From NCBI GenBank assembly GCA_963772335.1, contig CAVYXF010000001.1, positions 1,271,853-1,335,852 of the forward strand: a stretch of 64,000 nucleotides of DNA, given 5' to 3'. Positions 19,280 to 29,527 of this stretch are shown in pieces. This DNA comes from an uncultured Alphaproteobacteria bacterium. Its GTDB lineage: Bacteria > Pseudomonadota > Alphaproteobacteria > Rhizobiales > Rhodomicrobiaceae. The position numbers were made by a program, and so were the translations under genes. The number at the start of each line of letters is the position of its first letter. Position 1 is the first letter of the stretch. The notes below the pieces were generated by a model. The model saw only the letters and a list, made by a program, of their open reading frames with translations, was not told where the DNA came from and searched no databases.

Positions 19280-19935
19280 GAGAAATGAGTAAGCCTGCGG
19301 TCTCCGGCCGTCATTCGGCGGATGCAGCCTCCAACCAGCACTTTCTTAGTATGATCATCCTCCAAAAGCGATCCGCGAGTTGCTCCGCCTGGGCAACTCG
19401 CGGATTTCAGCTTATCGACGATCGTCAAGGCCGGTCAGCGGCCTCAAGGCCCCGATTGAGCCAGGGAGCTGCTCGAACCGGAAGTCAGCCGCGAATGGGC
19501 TGTACCCCCGGGGCGGAGCGGATATCGACAGATGCTCGGGCTTGGCAAGGCAGATTGCCAACCAGGTGAGGGAGAAAGGGCGGCATTGCTGTCGTCTATC
19601 CGTTGAGGCCTCTCGGCCGCTGACGAGACCATCATGTCGACACAACTTTAGGTTGTCAAAAGCGGCAGGCAGTTTTTCCCCGATCCCAACATTGCGGGTT
19701 TATCCTTATCGGCTATTACTTGACTTTGCGGGTCATTCTTGCGCCGGCGCGCATGAGACAGCCTCATCGTTCCAGCCCGCCGGCACTGGTGCCGAGCATG
19801 TGTCGCACCCATATGTTGGCTTGAGAATTTCCTCGCCGAAGCAGCTTGACAATCTCGTACAAAACAGGAACATTTGCCCTCCGGTTTGTACTCGGCCGGA
19901 AGCATTTTCCGGCCACCTCACGGGTGGGACATGCC

Positions 19936-22257
19936 ATGGACGACAGCACCTTTCCGGCCCTCTCGCGCCAGATTTGGGAAGAGAAATACCGCTATGCGCC
20001 AGGCGGCGGCGCGCCAGAGACGAGCCTTTCCGAGACGTTTCGGCGCGTGGCCACAGCTGCAGCGGAGGCGGAAGCCGAACCCGACCGTGCGCTGTGGGCT
20101 GAGCGTTTCTACGAGCTGATCGCCGGACTCGAATTCCTTCCTGCCGGCCGCATCCTTGCCGGGGCGGGCACCGGCCGCACCCGGGTGACGCTGTTCAACT
20201 GCTTCGTGATGGGTACGATCGGCGATGATCTAGGCGCGATCTTCGAGAACCTTAAAGAGGCCGCGCTCACCATGCAGCAGGGCGGCGGCATCGGCTATGA
20301 CTTCTCGACGCTGCGCCCGCGCGGCGCGCCGGTGAGGGGCGCCGGCGCCGATGCTTCCGGCCCGGTGAGCTTTATGGATGTGTGGAACGCCATGTGCGCC
20401 ACCATCGTCTCGGCTGGCGCGCGCCGCGGGGCGATGATGGCGACGCTCGCCTGCGATCATCCCGACATCGAGGCTTTCATCGAGGCCAAGTCCGACCCCA
20501 GCCGGTTACGGATGTTCAACCTCTCCGTCCTTGTCACGGACGCCTTTATGGATGCCGTAACGCGGGACGCGAGCTGGGACCTCGTCTTCGAGGGCAAAGT
20601 CTATAAGACCCTGCCCGCCCGGGCGCTCTGGGACAAGATCATGCGCTCGGCCTATGCGTTCGCCGAGCCGGGCGTAATCTTCATTGACCGCATCAATGCT
20701 GAGAACAACCTTTCCTATTGCGAGACGATCCGGGCGACCAACCCTTGCGGGGAGCAGCCTCTGCCGCCCTATGGCGCGTGCCTGCTCGGCTCGGTCAATC
20801 TGGCCCGGCTGGTGCGACACCCCTTCACCGCCGATGCGCAGCTCGATGAGGACCGCTTGCGCGAGGTGGCGGGGCTCGCCGTGCGCTTCCTCGACAATGT
20901 CATCGACATCTCCCGCTTTCCGTTCGAGGCCCAGCGCGCGGAGGCCATGGCCAAGCGCCGCATCGGCATCGGGGTCACCGGTCTTGCCGATTGCCTGATC
21001 ATGTGCCGTGAGCGCTATGGCAGCGAGGAGGCCGCTGCGCTCGCCGGGCGCTGGATGGCGCTGATCCAGGATGCCGCCTACCGCGCCAGCGCCGCGCTCG
21101 CCGCCGAGAAGGGCTGCTTCCCCCTCTATGAGGCGGCGGCATTCCTTGCCGCGCCTGGGGTGCGCCGGCTCGGTGTGGAAACCCAGAAGCTGATCGCCGA
21201 GAAGGGCATGCGCAATGGGCTCCTCACCTCGATCGCGCCAACCGGCACGATCTCGCTGCTTGCCGGCAATGTGTCGAGCGGCATCGAACCGGTTTTCGAC
21301 CTCGCCTACGACCGGCGCATTCTCATGCCCTCCGGCGAGAAGCGCACCGAACATGTCGAGGACCACGCCTATCGCCAGTTCCACGAGGCGTTTGGTGCAG
21401 GCGCCGTCTTGCCGGACTATTTCGTCACCGTGCAGGATCTAGAGCCCGGCGACCATCTGCGCATGCAGGCCGCGCTTCAGCCCCATGTCGATGCTTCCAT
21501 CTCCAAGACCGTAAACTGCCCCGAGGCGACCGATTTCACCGCCTTCCAGACCATCTATAGGGAAGCCTATGCGCTGGGGCTGAAAGGCTGCACGGTCTAC
21601 CGGCCAAATGCCGTCACCGGCAGCGTGCTGGTCCGCGCGCCGGAGGAGATGGCAAGCCTTGAGCCCGCGCCTGAGCAGACGCCTGGCCCTCCGGCTGTGC
21701 CGGTCGCGGCGCGGGAGGACCGACGGGCGGACGTCGTCTATATGGCGAAGCCCTTGGAGCGCGATCCGGTGCTGGCCGGCGCAACCTACAAGCTGAAATG
21801 GCCGGATTCCGACCACGCCCTCTACGTCACCATCAACGACATCGTCCAGGACGGCCGCAAGCGTCCGTTCGAGATCTTCATCAACTCCAAGAACCTGGAG
21901 CATTACGCCTGGACGGTGGCGCTGACGCGGATGATCAGCGCCGTGTTCCGCCGCGGCGGCGACATCACTTTCGTGGTGGAGGAGCTCAAGGCCGTGTTCG
22001 ATCCGCGCGGCGGCCAGTGGATGGGCGGGCGTTATGTTCCGAGCCTTCTCGCCGCAATCGGCGACGTGATCGAAAAGCACATGCTCAGCACAGGCTATCT
22101 GCAGCGGCCGGACGCACCGGAGAAGGAGCGCCGGCTGGCCGTGAACGAAAGTGTGGGCCGCCTGCCCGGCGCTTGCCCGCGCTGCGGGGCGGCCGCGCTG
22201 ATGCTGCAGGAAGGTTGCCTGCGTTGCCGGGATTGCGGCTATTCCAAATGCAGCTAG
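19936..22257 (+). CDS. nrdJ: Class II (adenosylcobalamin-dependent) ribonucleotide reductase
   Basis: Conserved blocks: FNCFV, MQQGGGIGYDFSTLRPRGA, TNPCGEQPLPPYGACLLGSVNL, and the C-terminal CPRCG...CLRCRDCGYSKC zinc ribbon. Start taken at the in-frame MDDSTF. Confidence 0.9.
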   Translation: MDDSTFPALSRQIWEEKYRYAPGGGAPETSLSETFRRVATAAAEAEAEPDRALWAERFYELIAGLEFLPAGRILAGAGTGRTRVTLFNCFVMGTIGDDLGAIFENLKEAALTMQQGGGIGYDFSTLRPRGAPVRGAGADASGPVSFMDVWNAMCATIVSAGARRGAMMATLACDHPDIEAFIEAKSDPSRLRMFNLSVLVTDAFMDAVTRDASWDLVFEGKVYKTLPARALWDKIMRSAYAFAEPGVIFIDRINAENNLSYCETIRATNPCGEQPLPPYGACLLGSVNLARLVRHPFTADAQLDEDRLREVAGLAVRFLDNVIDISRFPFEAQRAEAMAKRRIGIGVTGLADCLIMCRERYGSEEAAALAGRWMALIQDAAYRASAALAAEKGCFPLYEAAAFLAAPGVRRLGVETQKLIAEKGMRNGLLTSIAPTGTISLLAGNVSSGIEPVFDLAYDRRILMPSGEKRTEHVEDHAYRQFHEAFGAGAVLPDYFVTVQDLEPGDHLRMQAALQPHVDASISKTVNCPEATDFTAFQTIYREAYALGLKGCTVYRPNAVTGSVLVRAPEEMASLEPAPEQTPGPPAVPVAAREDRRADVVYMAKPLERDPVLAGATYKLKWPDSDHALYVTINDIVQDGRKRPFEIFINSKNLEHYAWTVALTRMISAVFRRGGDITFVVEELKAVFDPRGGQWMGGRYVPSLLAAIGDVIEKHMLSTGYLQRPDAPEKERRLAVNESVGRLPGACPRCGAAALMLQEGCLRCRDCGYSKCS

Positions 22258-22307
22258 CCAGCACACCCAGCCGGCGAAGCATTACGGCCAATCGGCCAAG
22301 ACGAGGC

Positions 22308-23093
22308 TCAGCCAGGCTTCCGGGTAGGGGGTGACCCCACGACCAGACGGCCGGACGGCGTGCGCTCCACGGTGAGCGGCACGCCGTAAAGCCGAGTGAG
22401 CTGCTGGGCGTTCAGCACAGTGTCGACCGGGCCGGTCGCGAAGTGATTGTCGCGGCCGATCACCGCGACGCGGTCGGCGATGGCGAAAGCCTGTTCCGGC
22501 TCGTGGGTAGAGATCAGCACCGCAAGGCCGTCCTCGGCGAGCGCGGCGACGCGGTCCAGCACCAGCAGCCGATTGGCGAGATCAAGGCTGGCGGTCGGCT
22601 CATCCATCACCACGGCGCCGGCCTGCTGGGCGAGCGCGCGGGCGATCAGCGCGAGCTGGCGCTGGCCGCCAGAAATGCGGTTGGCGTCCTGCTGGGCGAG
22701 GTTCGCAATGCCGAGGGCAGCGAGCGCCTCCATGGCAATGGCGTAGTCGGCGCGTCCCGGTGCCGCGAAGGCGCCGAGATAGGCGGTGCGACCCATCACC
22801 ACGAGGTCAAGCACGGTGTAAGCGAAGTCGCTGACATAGGCCTGCGGCACATAGGCGACCTGGCGCGCGACGGCGCTGCGCGGCAGGTCGGCAAGATCTT
22901 CGCCGCCGATCCGCACCGTGCCGGCGAGCGGCGGGATCAGGCCGAGCAGCGTCTTGAACAACGTGGTCTTGCCGACGCCGTTCGGGCCGAGCAGGCAGGT
23001 GATGCTGCCCGGCTCCAGGGCGAGGCTGATGCCGCTCGCGACCACGGTCGCACCATAGCCGATGGTCAGATCGTCGGCGGCGAGCATCGTCAT
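22308..23093 (-). CDS. ABC transporter ATP-binding protein (FecE/BtuD/HmuV type)
   Basis: Walker A GPNGVGKTT, signature SGGQRQ, Walker B VVMDEPT. Overlaps the permease gene by 4 nt. Confidence 0.85.
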   Translation of the reverse strand: MTMLAADDLTIGYGATVVASGISLALEPGSITCLLGPNGVGKTTLFKTLLGLIPPLAGTVRIGGEDLADLPRSAVARQVAYVPQAYVSDFAYTVLDLVVMGRTAYLGAFAAPGRADYAIAMEALAALGIANLAQQDANRISGGQRQLALIARALAQQAGAVVMDEPTASLDLANRLLVLDRVAALAEDGLAVLISTHEPEQAFAIADRVAVIGRDNHFATGPVDTVLNAQQLTRLYGVPLTVERTPSGRLVVGSPPTRKPG

Positions 23094-24244
23094 GGCAGCT
23101 CGCGGTGCCGGCGCCGGGCCAGCAGCCAGACGAAGGCCGGGCCGCCGATCACGGCGGTGAGCACGCCGAGCGGGATCTCGATCTTTGCCGCCGAGCGGGC
23201 GAGAGTATCGACCGCAACCATGAAGGCCGCGCCGAGCAGGATCGATGCCGGCAGCAGGCGGTCGAAGCGCGGACCGACCAGTAGCCGCGCCATATGCGGC
23301 ACCATCAGTCCGACCCAGCCGATCACTCCGGAAATGGCAACCACGCTGGCGGTGACCAGCGTTGCGGCGGCGATCACCAGCGCACGCAGCCGGCTGACAT
23401 CGACGCCGAGCGCACGCGCCTCGTCATCCCCGAGGGAGAGCACGCCAATCCGCCAGCGCAGCAGGATCAGCGGCAAGAGGCCGAGGAGGACGACCGGCAG
23501 CACCGCGCCGACATCGGCCGGCTTGACGCCGGCAAGGCTGCCGAGCAGCCAGAAGGTGATCGCCGGGAGCTGGTCATAGGGGTCGGCGAGCACCTTCACC
23601 AGCGAGATCGCGGCTCCCGCCAGCGCGCCGACCACGATACCAGCGAGCACCAGGACCAGAACATCGCCGCCGCCGCGCAGCGTGCGCGCCAGCAACAGCA
23701 CGACAGCGACGGTCGCGAGACCGCCACCAAAGCCGAGGAACTGGATGGCGGCGACAGGCAGCCCGAGCAGGATGCCGAGCACGGCCCCGAGCCCTGCCCC
23801 CGTCGAGACGCCGAGGATATCCGGCGAGACCAGGGGATTGCGGAACAGGCTCTGATAGGCGGCTCCCGCTGCGGCGAGCGCCGCGCCGACCAGCATGGCG
23901 GCGAGCACGCGCGGCAGGCGGATGTTGAACAGCACGGTGTCGATCGGGCCGGCGGCGGTGCTGCCGACCGCGCGGCTGATGATGGCCGCGAGGACGTCGA
24001 GCGGGGCAATGCGATAAGGCCCGATCCCGGAGGCGATCAGCACTGTCGCGAGCAGGAGCAGTGAAAGGATGAGCAGCATCGCCGCCGCGCGGCCTGTGCC
24101 CTGCCCCATGGCGGAGGGGCCGGCCTGCGGGGGCGGGACATGGCCTCGGCGCGGCAACCCGCGCGCCGCCCGCCGCGGCTCTGCTTCGGCCGGAGCAGGC
24201 GCTGACATCTCGGGCGCGGGGCGTCTATCCGCTGAATCGTCCAT
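23090..24244 (-). CDS. FecCD-family ABC transporter permease (iron-siderophore/cobalamin type)
   Basis: Multi-TM, with FecCD/BtuC-like blocks (LLGAAFMVAVDTLAR, IPLGVLTAVIGGPAFVWLL). The start codon is uncertain; the N-terminal ~55 aa are low complexity. Confidence 0.8.
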   Translation of the reverse strand: MDDSADRRPAPEMSAPAPAEAEPRRAARGLPRRGHVPPPQAGPSAMGQGTGRAAAMLLILSLLLLATVLIASGIGPYRIAPLDVLAAIISRAVGSTAAGPIDTVLFNIRLPRVLAAMLVGAALAAAGAAYQSLFRNPLVSPDILGVSTGAGLGAVLGILLGLPVAAIQFLGFGGGLATVAVVLLLARTLRGGGDVLVLVLAGIVVGALAGAAISLVKVLADPYDQLPAITFWLLGSLAGVKPADVGAVLPVVLLGLLPLILLRWRIGVLSLGDDEARALGVDVSRLRALVIAAATLVTASVVAISGVIGWVGLMVPHMARLLVGPRFDRLLPASILLGAAFMVAVDTLARSAAKIEIPLGVLTAVIGGPAFVWLLARRRHRELP

Positions 24245-24321
24245 GTCGATGCTTTAAGGCAGCTCGCGCCTGTGACATACGGATTTCTTTGCCCTCGGGC
24301 GGCATCCCGGACAGGCGACGT

Positions 24322-25356
24322 TCAATTGCTCAAGAGCGCGTCGATGTCCGCCTCGCTCAAATCCACCTGATAGAATAGTCGGAAGAAGTCACGCACCTGG
24401 TCGCGCAGCTGGCCCGGTGCCTGGGCCGGATAGAGCGTGTGCAGCAGCCAGGTAAGCCCGATCAGGCGATTGACTGAAGGGGGCGAGTCGATGAAGCCGA
24501 AGGGCAGGTTCGGCGCCAGGAAGATGTGGCCGTTCGCAACGGCCGGCACCGGCTGCCAGGCCGGCGTGTCCTGCACCGTCTGGCGGAAGCGGCTGTCGAG
24601 GGTGACGATAGTGTCGGGCGCCCAGGCGATGACCTGCTCGGCCGAGGCATTGACGATGCCACCCTTCTCGCGCAGCCCCTCCACCACATTGACCGCCCCG
24701 ACCCGCTCGATGATCTCGGTGTTGATCGAGCCGCGCGAGCCGGTCTCCAGCCCTTCCGGGCCACGGGCAAGATAGACGCGCGGTCGCTTCTCGGCCGGCA
24801 CCGCCGCAACGATCTTATCGACATCGGCAAAGATCGCCTCGGCGGCCTTGGCCAGCGTTTCGCCGCGCTCCCCAACGCCGAGAATATTGCCGACGAGGCG
24901 CAGCGCCGCCACTGTGTTGGCGAAGCGGCCGTCGATCAGCAGATAGGGAATGCCGGTCTGGGACTGAACGCGGTCGGCGAGCGAACGATAGGTGTCGTTG
25001 ATGGTGCCGAAATCGATAGCGAGGTCGGGTTTTTCCGCCAGCAGGCGCTCGAGATTCAGCGTATCGCCGCGCCCGGTGAGGCGGCCGAGCTCGGGCAGGT
25101 CGCGGGTTGCGGGCAGCAAATACAGCTTCTCGCGCTCGTGCGGCGCGCGCACCCAGCCGATCATCTGTTCCGGCGCGACCACATAGAGCAAGGTCGAGGC
25201 CGGCGGGCCGGCTGCGAAGACACGGGTGACCTTGTCGGGAATCTCGACGATGCGGCCGGCGGAGTCTGTAACGCTGCGCGCCAGCACCGGCGCCGCGAGC
25301 GTCATCACCAGCACCGCCAGAAACCAGCGCGAACGCCGAAAAGCACCAGCGATCAT
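24322..25356 (-). CDS. Periplasmic substrate-binding protein, class III (BtuF/FepB-like)
   Basis: Signal peptide, and its position at the head of the permease/ATPase genes. Typical FecB/BtuF fold-length (344 aa). Confidence 0.7.
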   Translation of the reverse strand: MIAGAFRRSRWFLAVLVMTLAAPVLARSVTDSAGRIVEIPDKVTRVFAAGPPASTLLYVVAPEQMIGWVRAPHEREKLYLLPATRDLPELGRLTGRGDTLNLERLLAEKPDLAIDFGTINDTYRSLADRVQSQTGIPYLLIDGRFANTVAALRLVGNILGVGERGETLAKAAEAIFADVDKIVAAVPAEKRPRVYLARGPEGLETGSRGSINTEIIERVGAVNVVEGLREKGGIVNASAEQVIAWAPDTIVTLDSRFRQTVQDTPAWQPVPAVANGHIFLAPNLPFGFIDSPPSVNRLIGLTWLLHTLYPAQAPGQLRDQVRDFFRLFYQVDLSEADIDALLSN

Positions 25357-25850
25357 GGCTCGCCGACGTGGCTGTCACCGGGCGTCGGCGGCGCGAGCGG
25401 GGTGAATTCGCAGCGGTCCGGCTTGATGTCGATCAGCGGCGTGGCGTCGAGACAGTCGAGCCCGCGCACCAGGAGCGTCGATCCCTCGATGCCGACGAGC
25501 GCAACCAGCGAGGTTCCGATCGGATTGGGTCTCACCGGGGACCGGAGCGAGAACGTGCCGCGCGTCTTGCCGTCGCTAGCGGGACTTTGCAGGACGAGGT
25601 CGCGGCGCGAGCGGTGCAGCCAGTAGAGCACCTCGATCCGGTGGTAGCCCTCCAGCCCGGCCAGCGCCTCGGCCCAGGGCTCGAACACCTCGATTCGGCA
25701 GACCGGGCCATCTGGGCGGCCCTGGCGCGGACAGTCGAGCCGATCCGTCCAGGGCGTGCGGATCCGGCCGATGAAAACCAGGCCGGTATCGCTAGCGCCC
25801 GGCCAGGGAATCGCCTTTTCGCCGGCACGCATCTCATCTTCCTGGGCCAT
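25353..25850 (-). CDS. TsaA/YaeB-like (TrmO family) SAM-dependent methyltransferase domain protein
   Basis: IGRIRTPW ... PRQGRP ... VRPNPIG ... [11 protein letters not shown], the YaeB/TsaA signature. Overlaps the SBP gene by 4 nt (same operon). Confidence 0.65.
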   Translation of the reverse strand: MAQEDEMRAGEKAIPWPGASDTGLVFIGRIRTPWTDRLDCPRQGRPDGPVCRIEVFEPWAEALAGLEGYHRIEVLYWLHRSRRDLVLQSPASDGKTRGTFSLRSPVRPNPIGTSLVALVGIEGSTLLVRGLDCLDATPLIDIKPDRCEFTPLAPPTPGDSHVGEP

Positions 25851-25853
25851 ACG

Positions 25854-26063
25854 TCAACCTTCGACGCCAACCATCACGTCCGAGGCTTTGACGACCGCGA
25901 TCGCCGGCTGGCCTGTTGCGAGCTTCAATTCATCGATCGCCTCATTGGTGACCGACGCCGTGAGGATAGCACCGCCGATATCAATGCGTACATGCGCCGT
26001 GGTGGCGCCCTTGACGATCTCCACCACCGTGCCCTTGAGCTGGTTGCGTGCGCTGAGCTTCAT
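25854..26063 (-). CDS. mop: Molybdopterin-binding (Mop/TOBE) single-domain protein
   Basis: 69 aa. MKLSARNQLKGTVVEI ... ASDVMVG is the typical Mop/TOBE sequence. Confidence 0.7.
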   Translation of the reverse strand: MKLSARNQLKGTVVEIVKGATTAHVRIDIGGAILTASVTNEAIDELKLATGQPAIAVVKASDVMVGVEG

Positions 26064-26105
26064 GGTCCGTTCCGATTTTCGTTGTTTTCCGCTGCGCTCT
26101 GAGCG

Positions 26106-26139
26106 GCTATATAGGGCTATATAGCATGACTATATAACC
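26106..26139. promoter_or_regulatory. Candidate ModE operator: three CTATATA motifs (GCTATATAGGGCTATATAGCATGACTATATAACC) in the mop / modE divergent region
   Basis: Seen in sequence. It resembles the ModE-box TATAT-N7-TAYAT architecture and is located between the divergent mop operon and modE. Confidence 0.45.
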
Positions 26140-26155
26140 GAACACGACCCTTGTC

Positions 26156-26947
26156 ATGTCGATCGAAGCCCTGGTCAGTCTCGCCGGCGAGCAGCGAACG
26201 GCAGTCGGACGCGAGCGTATCCGCCTGCTGGAGGCGGTCGCGCGCGAGGGCAGCATCACGGCCGGCGCTAAGGCGGTCGGCCTGACCTACAAGGCCGCCT
26301 GGGACGCGCTCGACGCGATGGCCAATCTGTTCGGCCAGCCGCTGCTGGCGACGCGGGCTGGCGGTAAGGCCGGTGGCGGCGCCGTGCTCACACCCACCGG
26401 TCTGCGCGTGATCGAGGCGTTCCACCGGCTCGAGGCAGAAATGGCGCGGGTGCTGCGCGCGCTGGAGCCCGAGCTCGCCGGCACGGGGATTTCGCCGCTC
26501 AATCTGGTTTCGGGGTTCCTGATGAAGACCAGTGCCCGCAATGCGCTGCGGGGCCGGATCACGGCCATCGCCGCGGATGTCATCACCGCCGAGATCGCGG
26601 TTCAGGTCTCGGACGACACCACCATCTACGCCTTAATCACCAATGACAGCGTACGCGATCTGGGGCTCTGCGTCGGGCGCGAGGCCATCGTCCTGATCAA
26701 GGCGCCTTTCGTGCTGATCGCGCCAGGCGAGGCGCCGCCCGCCACTTCGGCCCGTAATTGCGTGCGCGGCACGGTCACGCGTTGCGAGAAGGGCACAGTT
26801 AATGCCGAGGTCGTGCTCGATATCGGCGGTGGCAAGACGCTCGCCGCAACCATCACCGCTCATAGTGCCGGAGTGCTCGGGCTTGCACCGGGCAAGCCGG
26901 CCTTCGCGCTCATCGACGCCGCCCACGTCCTGATTGCCATCGACTGA
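26156..26947 (+). CDS. modE: Molybdate-dependent transcriptional regulator ModE (HTH + two TOBE domains)
   Basis: N-terminal LysR-like HTH (LLEAVAREGSITAGAKAVGLTYKAAWDALD) and two C-terminal TOBE repeats (SARNALRGRITAI ... ; SARNCVRGTVTR ...). Confidence 0.8.
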   Translation: MSIEALVSLAGEQRTAVGRERIRLLEAVAREGSITAGAKAVGLTYKAAWDALDAMANLFGQPLLATRAGGKAGGGAVLTPTGLRVIEAFHRLEAEMARVLRALEPELAGTGISPLNLVSGFLMKTSARNALRGRITAIAADVITAEIAVQVSDDTTIYALITNDSVRDLGLCVGREAIVLIKAPFVLIAPGEAPPATSARNCVRGTVTRCEKGTVNAEVVLDIGGGKTLAATITAHSAGVLGLAPGKPAFALIDAAHVLIAID

Positions 26948-26966
26948 GTTCACTGGAGGAGAGTTC

Positions 26967-27722
26967 ATGAAACCGATGAGATTGCTCGCTGCTGCCGGGA
27001 TCCTATTGCTGTCGCTCGGCGGAGCGGCGTCTGCCGGCCAGACCAATGCCGCTGTCGCGGCGAACTTCACCGAGGCCGCCAAAGAAATCGCCGCTGCGTT
27101 CAAGGCGAAGACCGGGCATGAGGCGGTGCTGAGTTTCGGCTCGTCGGGCCAGCTCTACACCCAGATCACCCAGGACGCGCCGTTCCAGGTCATGCTGTCG
27201 GCCGATGCCGAGCGCCCGCAAAAACTCGTGAAGGATGGCCTGGGCCTCGCCGACAGCCGGTTCACTTATGCCATTGGTAAGCTGGTGCTGTGGAGCAAGA
27301 CCGACGGCCTGGTCAAAGGCGAGGACACCTTGAAGAGCGGCAGCTTCGCCAAGATCGCCATCGCCAATCCGACAGCGGCGCCTTATGGCGCGGCAGCGGT
27401 CGAGACGATGAAGAAGCTTGGGGTCTATGAGACGTTACAGGCCAAGATCGTGCGGGGCAACAACATCTCCCAGACATTTCAATTCGTCGATACCGGCAAT
27501 GCCGAGCTTGGTTTTATTGCGCTGTCGCAGCTTGCCAGCGTAACGGGGGGCTCGCGGTGGCTGGTACCGCAGAACCTCTACACGCCGATCAAGCAGGACG
27601 CCGTGCTGTTGAAGAAGGGCGCGGGCAATGAGGCGGCAACGGCCTTCATGACCTTCCTGAAGGGCCCGGAGGCGACCGCAATCATCAAGAGGTTTGGCTA
27701 CGCCGTGGAAGGCGAAAGCTGA
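26967..27722 (+). CDS. modA: Molybdate ABC transporter substrate-binding protein
   Basis: GGAGGA RBS, signal peptide, and ModA-like blocks (SFGSSGQLYTQI, APYGAAAVE). Confidence 0.85.
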   Translation: MKPMRLLAAAGILLLSLGGAASAGQTNAAVAANFTEAAKEIAAAFKAKTGHEAVLSFGSSGQLYTQITQDAPFQVMLSADAERPQKLVKDGLGLADSRFTYAIGKLVLWSKTDGLVKGEDTLKSGSFAKIAIANPTAAPYGAAAVETMKKLGVYETLQAKIVRGNNISQTFQFVDTGNAELGFIALSQLASVTGGSRWLVPQNLYTPIKQDAVLLKKGAGNEAATAFMTFLKGPEATAIIKRFGYAVEGES

Positions 27723-27728
27723 GGCGCG

Positions 27729-28415
27729 ATGGACGGCTTTCCGCCCGATATCTGGCAGCCGATCCGCCTTACCCTCGAGCTGGCGGCAATCAATACGATC
27801 GTACTGATCGCCGTCGGCACACCGGTCGCTTGGTGGCTGGCGCGCTCCAAGGCCTGGTGGAAAGAGGGTGTGGCGGCCATCGTCGCGCTGCCGCTGGTGC
27901 TGCCGCCGACCGTGCTCGGCTTCTATCTGCTGCTGCTGCTCGGGCCGAATGGCCCGGGCGGTGCATTCGCCTCGCTCTGGGGAGCGCGGACGCTAGCGTT
28001 CACTTTCGAGGGGCTGGTGATCGGCTCGGCGGTTTATTCCATGCCGTTCGTGGTGCAGCCGATCCGCAGCGCCTTCGAGGCGATGGGCGAGCGACCGCTG
28101 GAAGTGGCGGCGACCTTGCGGGCCTCGCCGACACGCGCCTTCTGGACCGTGGCGGTGCCGCTCGCCATGCCAGGTTTCTTGAGCGGCGCCGTGCTCGGCT
28201 TCGCCCATACCGTCGGCGAGTTCGGGGTGGTGCTGATGATCGGTGGCAATATTCCGGGCGTCACCAAGGTGCTCTCGGTCGCGATCTACGACTATGTCGA
28301 GACCTCGCGCTGGCATGAGGCAACCATCCTCGCCGCCGGCATGGTGGTGTTCGCCTTTGCCGTCATTCTCGCGATGACGCTGATCGAGAAGCGCGCCCGG
28401 CGGGCCGGCGAATGA
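27729..28415 (+). CDS. modB: Molybdate ABC transporter permease
   Basis: 5-6 TM helices with the ABC permease EAA-like loop ([18 protein letters not shown]). Gene order is modABC. Confidence 0.85.
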   Translation: MDGFPPDIWQPIRLTLELAAINTIVLIAVGTPVAWWLARSKAWWKEGVAAIVALPLVLPPTVLGFYLLLLLGPNGPGGAFASLWGARTLAFTFEGLVIGSAVYSMPFVVQPIRSAFEAMGERPLEVAATLRASPTRAFWTVAVPLAMPGFLSGAVLGFAHTVGEFGVVLMIGGNIPGVTKVLSVAIYDYVETSRWHEATILAAGMVVFAFAVILAMTLIEKRARRAGE

Positions 28416-29521
28416 GCCCCGTTCCCCAAATCCGCGCGGCCTTCCGGGGCACGCTCGGGCGGTTCAATCTCGATGCCGCCTTCGATGTGCCCGCGACCGG
28501 CGTCACCGGCCTGTTCGGGCCATCCGGTTGCGGCAAGACCACGGTTTTGCGCTGCATCGCCGGCCTGCAACGGCTGGGCAAAGGCCATTGCGCCATCGAT
28601 GGCGATGTCTGGCAGGATGGGCCGCTGTTCCGGCCAGCGCATCGGCGGCCGGTCGGCTATGTGTTTCAGGAGGCGAGCCTCTTCCCGCATCTCTCCGTCG
28701 AACGCAATCTGCTCTATGGCGCACCGGATGGCCGCCCGCCCGAAGGCGGCAACGGAGCGATCGGTTTCGGCGAGGTGGTTGAGCTGCTCGGCCTTGCCGG
28801 TTTGTTGACGCGGGCGCCGCAGAACCTCTCCGGCGGCGAGCGTCAGCGGGTGGCCGTGGGCAGGGCACTGCTGTCGCAGCCGAAGCTCCTGCTTATGGAT
28901 GAGCCGCTGTCTGCGCTGGACAGGCAGACCAAGGACGAGATCCTGCCCTTCCTCGAGCGCCTGCATGCCGGCCTGTCGCTGCCGATCCTCTATGTCAGCC
29001 ACGACATGGCGGAGGTGGAGCGCCTCGCCGACCATCTCGTGCTGATGGAGGCAGGGCGCGTGCGCGCGAGCGGTCCGCTGAACGTGCTGCAGAGCGATGT
29101 CTCGCTGCCGCTCGCGACCGCAAGAGACGCGGCCGTCAGCCTCGACGCCACGATCGTTGCCTGCGATGCCGCCTACGGCCTAGTTACCTTCTCGGTCGAG
29201 GACGCGCCTTTCATCGTTCCGACGGCGCCGGGGGAGATCGGCGAGCGCCGGCGGCTGAGAATCGTGGCCGGCGATGTCAGCCTTGCGCTCAAGCGCCCGG
29301 AAGCGACCACGGTGATGAACATCCTCCCCGTGCGCATCCTGACCGCAGCCCGCCTCGGCGAGAACGAGATCCTCGCGGTGCTGAGCCTTGCCCCTGGCGG
29401 TGAGGGGCCGCGGCTGCTGGCGCGCGTGACCCGGAGGTCCTGGGAGCGGCTCGGCCTCGCCGATGACATGAAGGTCTTCGCACAGATCAAGAGCGTGGCG
29501 CTCGCGCCGTCCTCGCGCTGA
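28412..29521 (+). CDS. modC: Molybdate ABC transporter ATP-binding protein with C-terminal TOBE domain
   Basis: Walker [37 protein letters not shown], and a C-terminal Mop/TOBE-like region. Confidence 0.85.
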   Translation: MSPVPQIRAAFRGTLGRFNLDAAFDVPATGVTGLFGPSGCGKTTVLRCIAGLQRLGKGHCAIDGDVWQDGPLFRPAHRRPVGYVFQEASLFPHLSVERNLLYGAPDGRPPEGGNGAIGFGEVVELLGLAGLLTRAPQNLSGGERQRVAVGRALLSQPKLLLMDEPLSALDRQTKDEILPFLERLHAGLSLPILYVSHDMAEVERLADHLVLMEAGRVRASGPLNVLQSDVSLPLATARDAAVSLDATIVACDAAYGLVTFSVEDAPFIVPTAPGEIGERRRLRIVAGDVSLALKRPEATTVMNILPVRILTAARLGENEILAVLSLAPGGEGPRLLARVTRRSWERLGLADDMKVFAQIKSVALAPSSR

Positions 29522-29527
29522 ATAGAA

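Noticed and set aside
19400-19800. Possible cobalamin riboswitch upstream of nrdJ
   Set aside because: I could not match the B12-box/core consensus convincingly by eye, and nrdJ itself requires B12, so riboswitch repression would be atypical. Left as something to scan, not called as a feature.
19380-20102. 240-aa ORF spanning the nrdJ leader and start
   Set aside because: Out of frame with nrdJ and overlapping it. Pro/Arg/Ser-rich low-complexity. The leader is more likely non-coding RNA/regulatory.
20506-22266. Antisense ORFs within nrdJ (20506..21384 -, 21439..22266 -)
   Set aside because: Shadow ORFs opposite a strongly supported gene.
22443-24064. 378-aa and 256-aa + strand ORFs over the ABC ATPase/permease genes
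   Set aside because: Antisense to genes with Walker and FecCD motifs. Compositionally biased (Arg/Ala/Gly).
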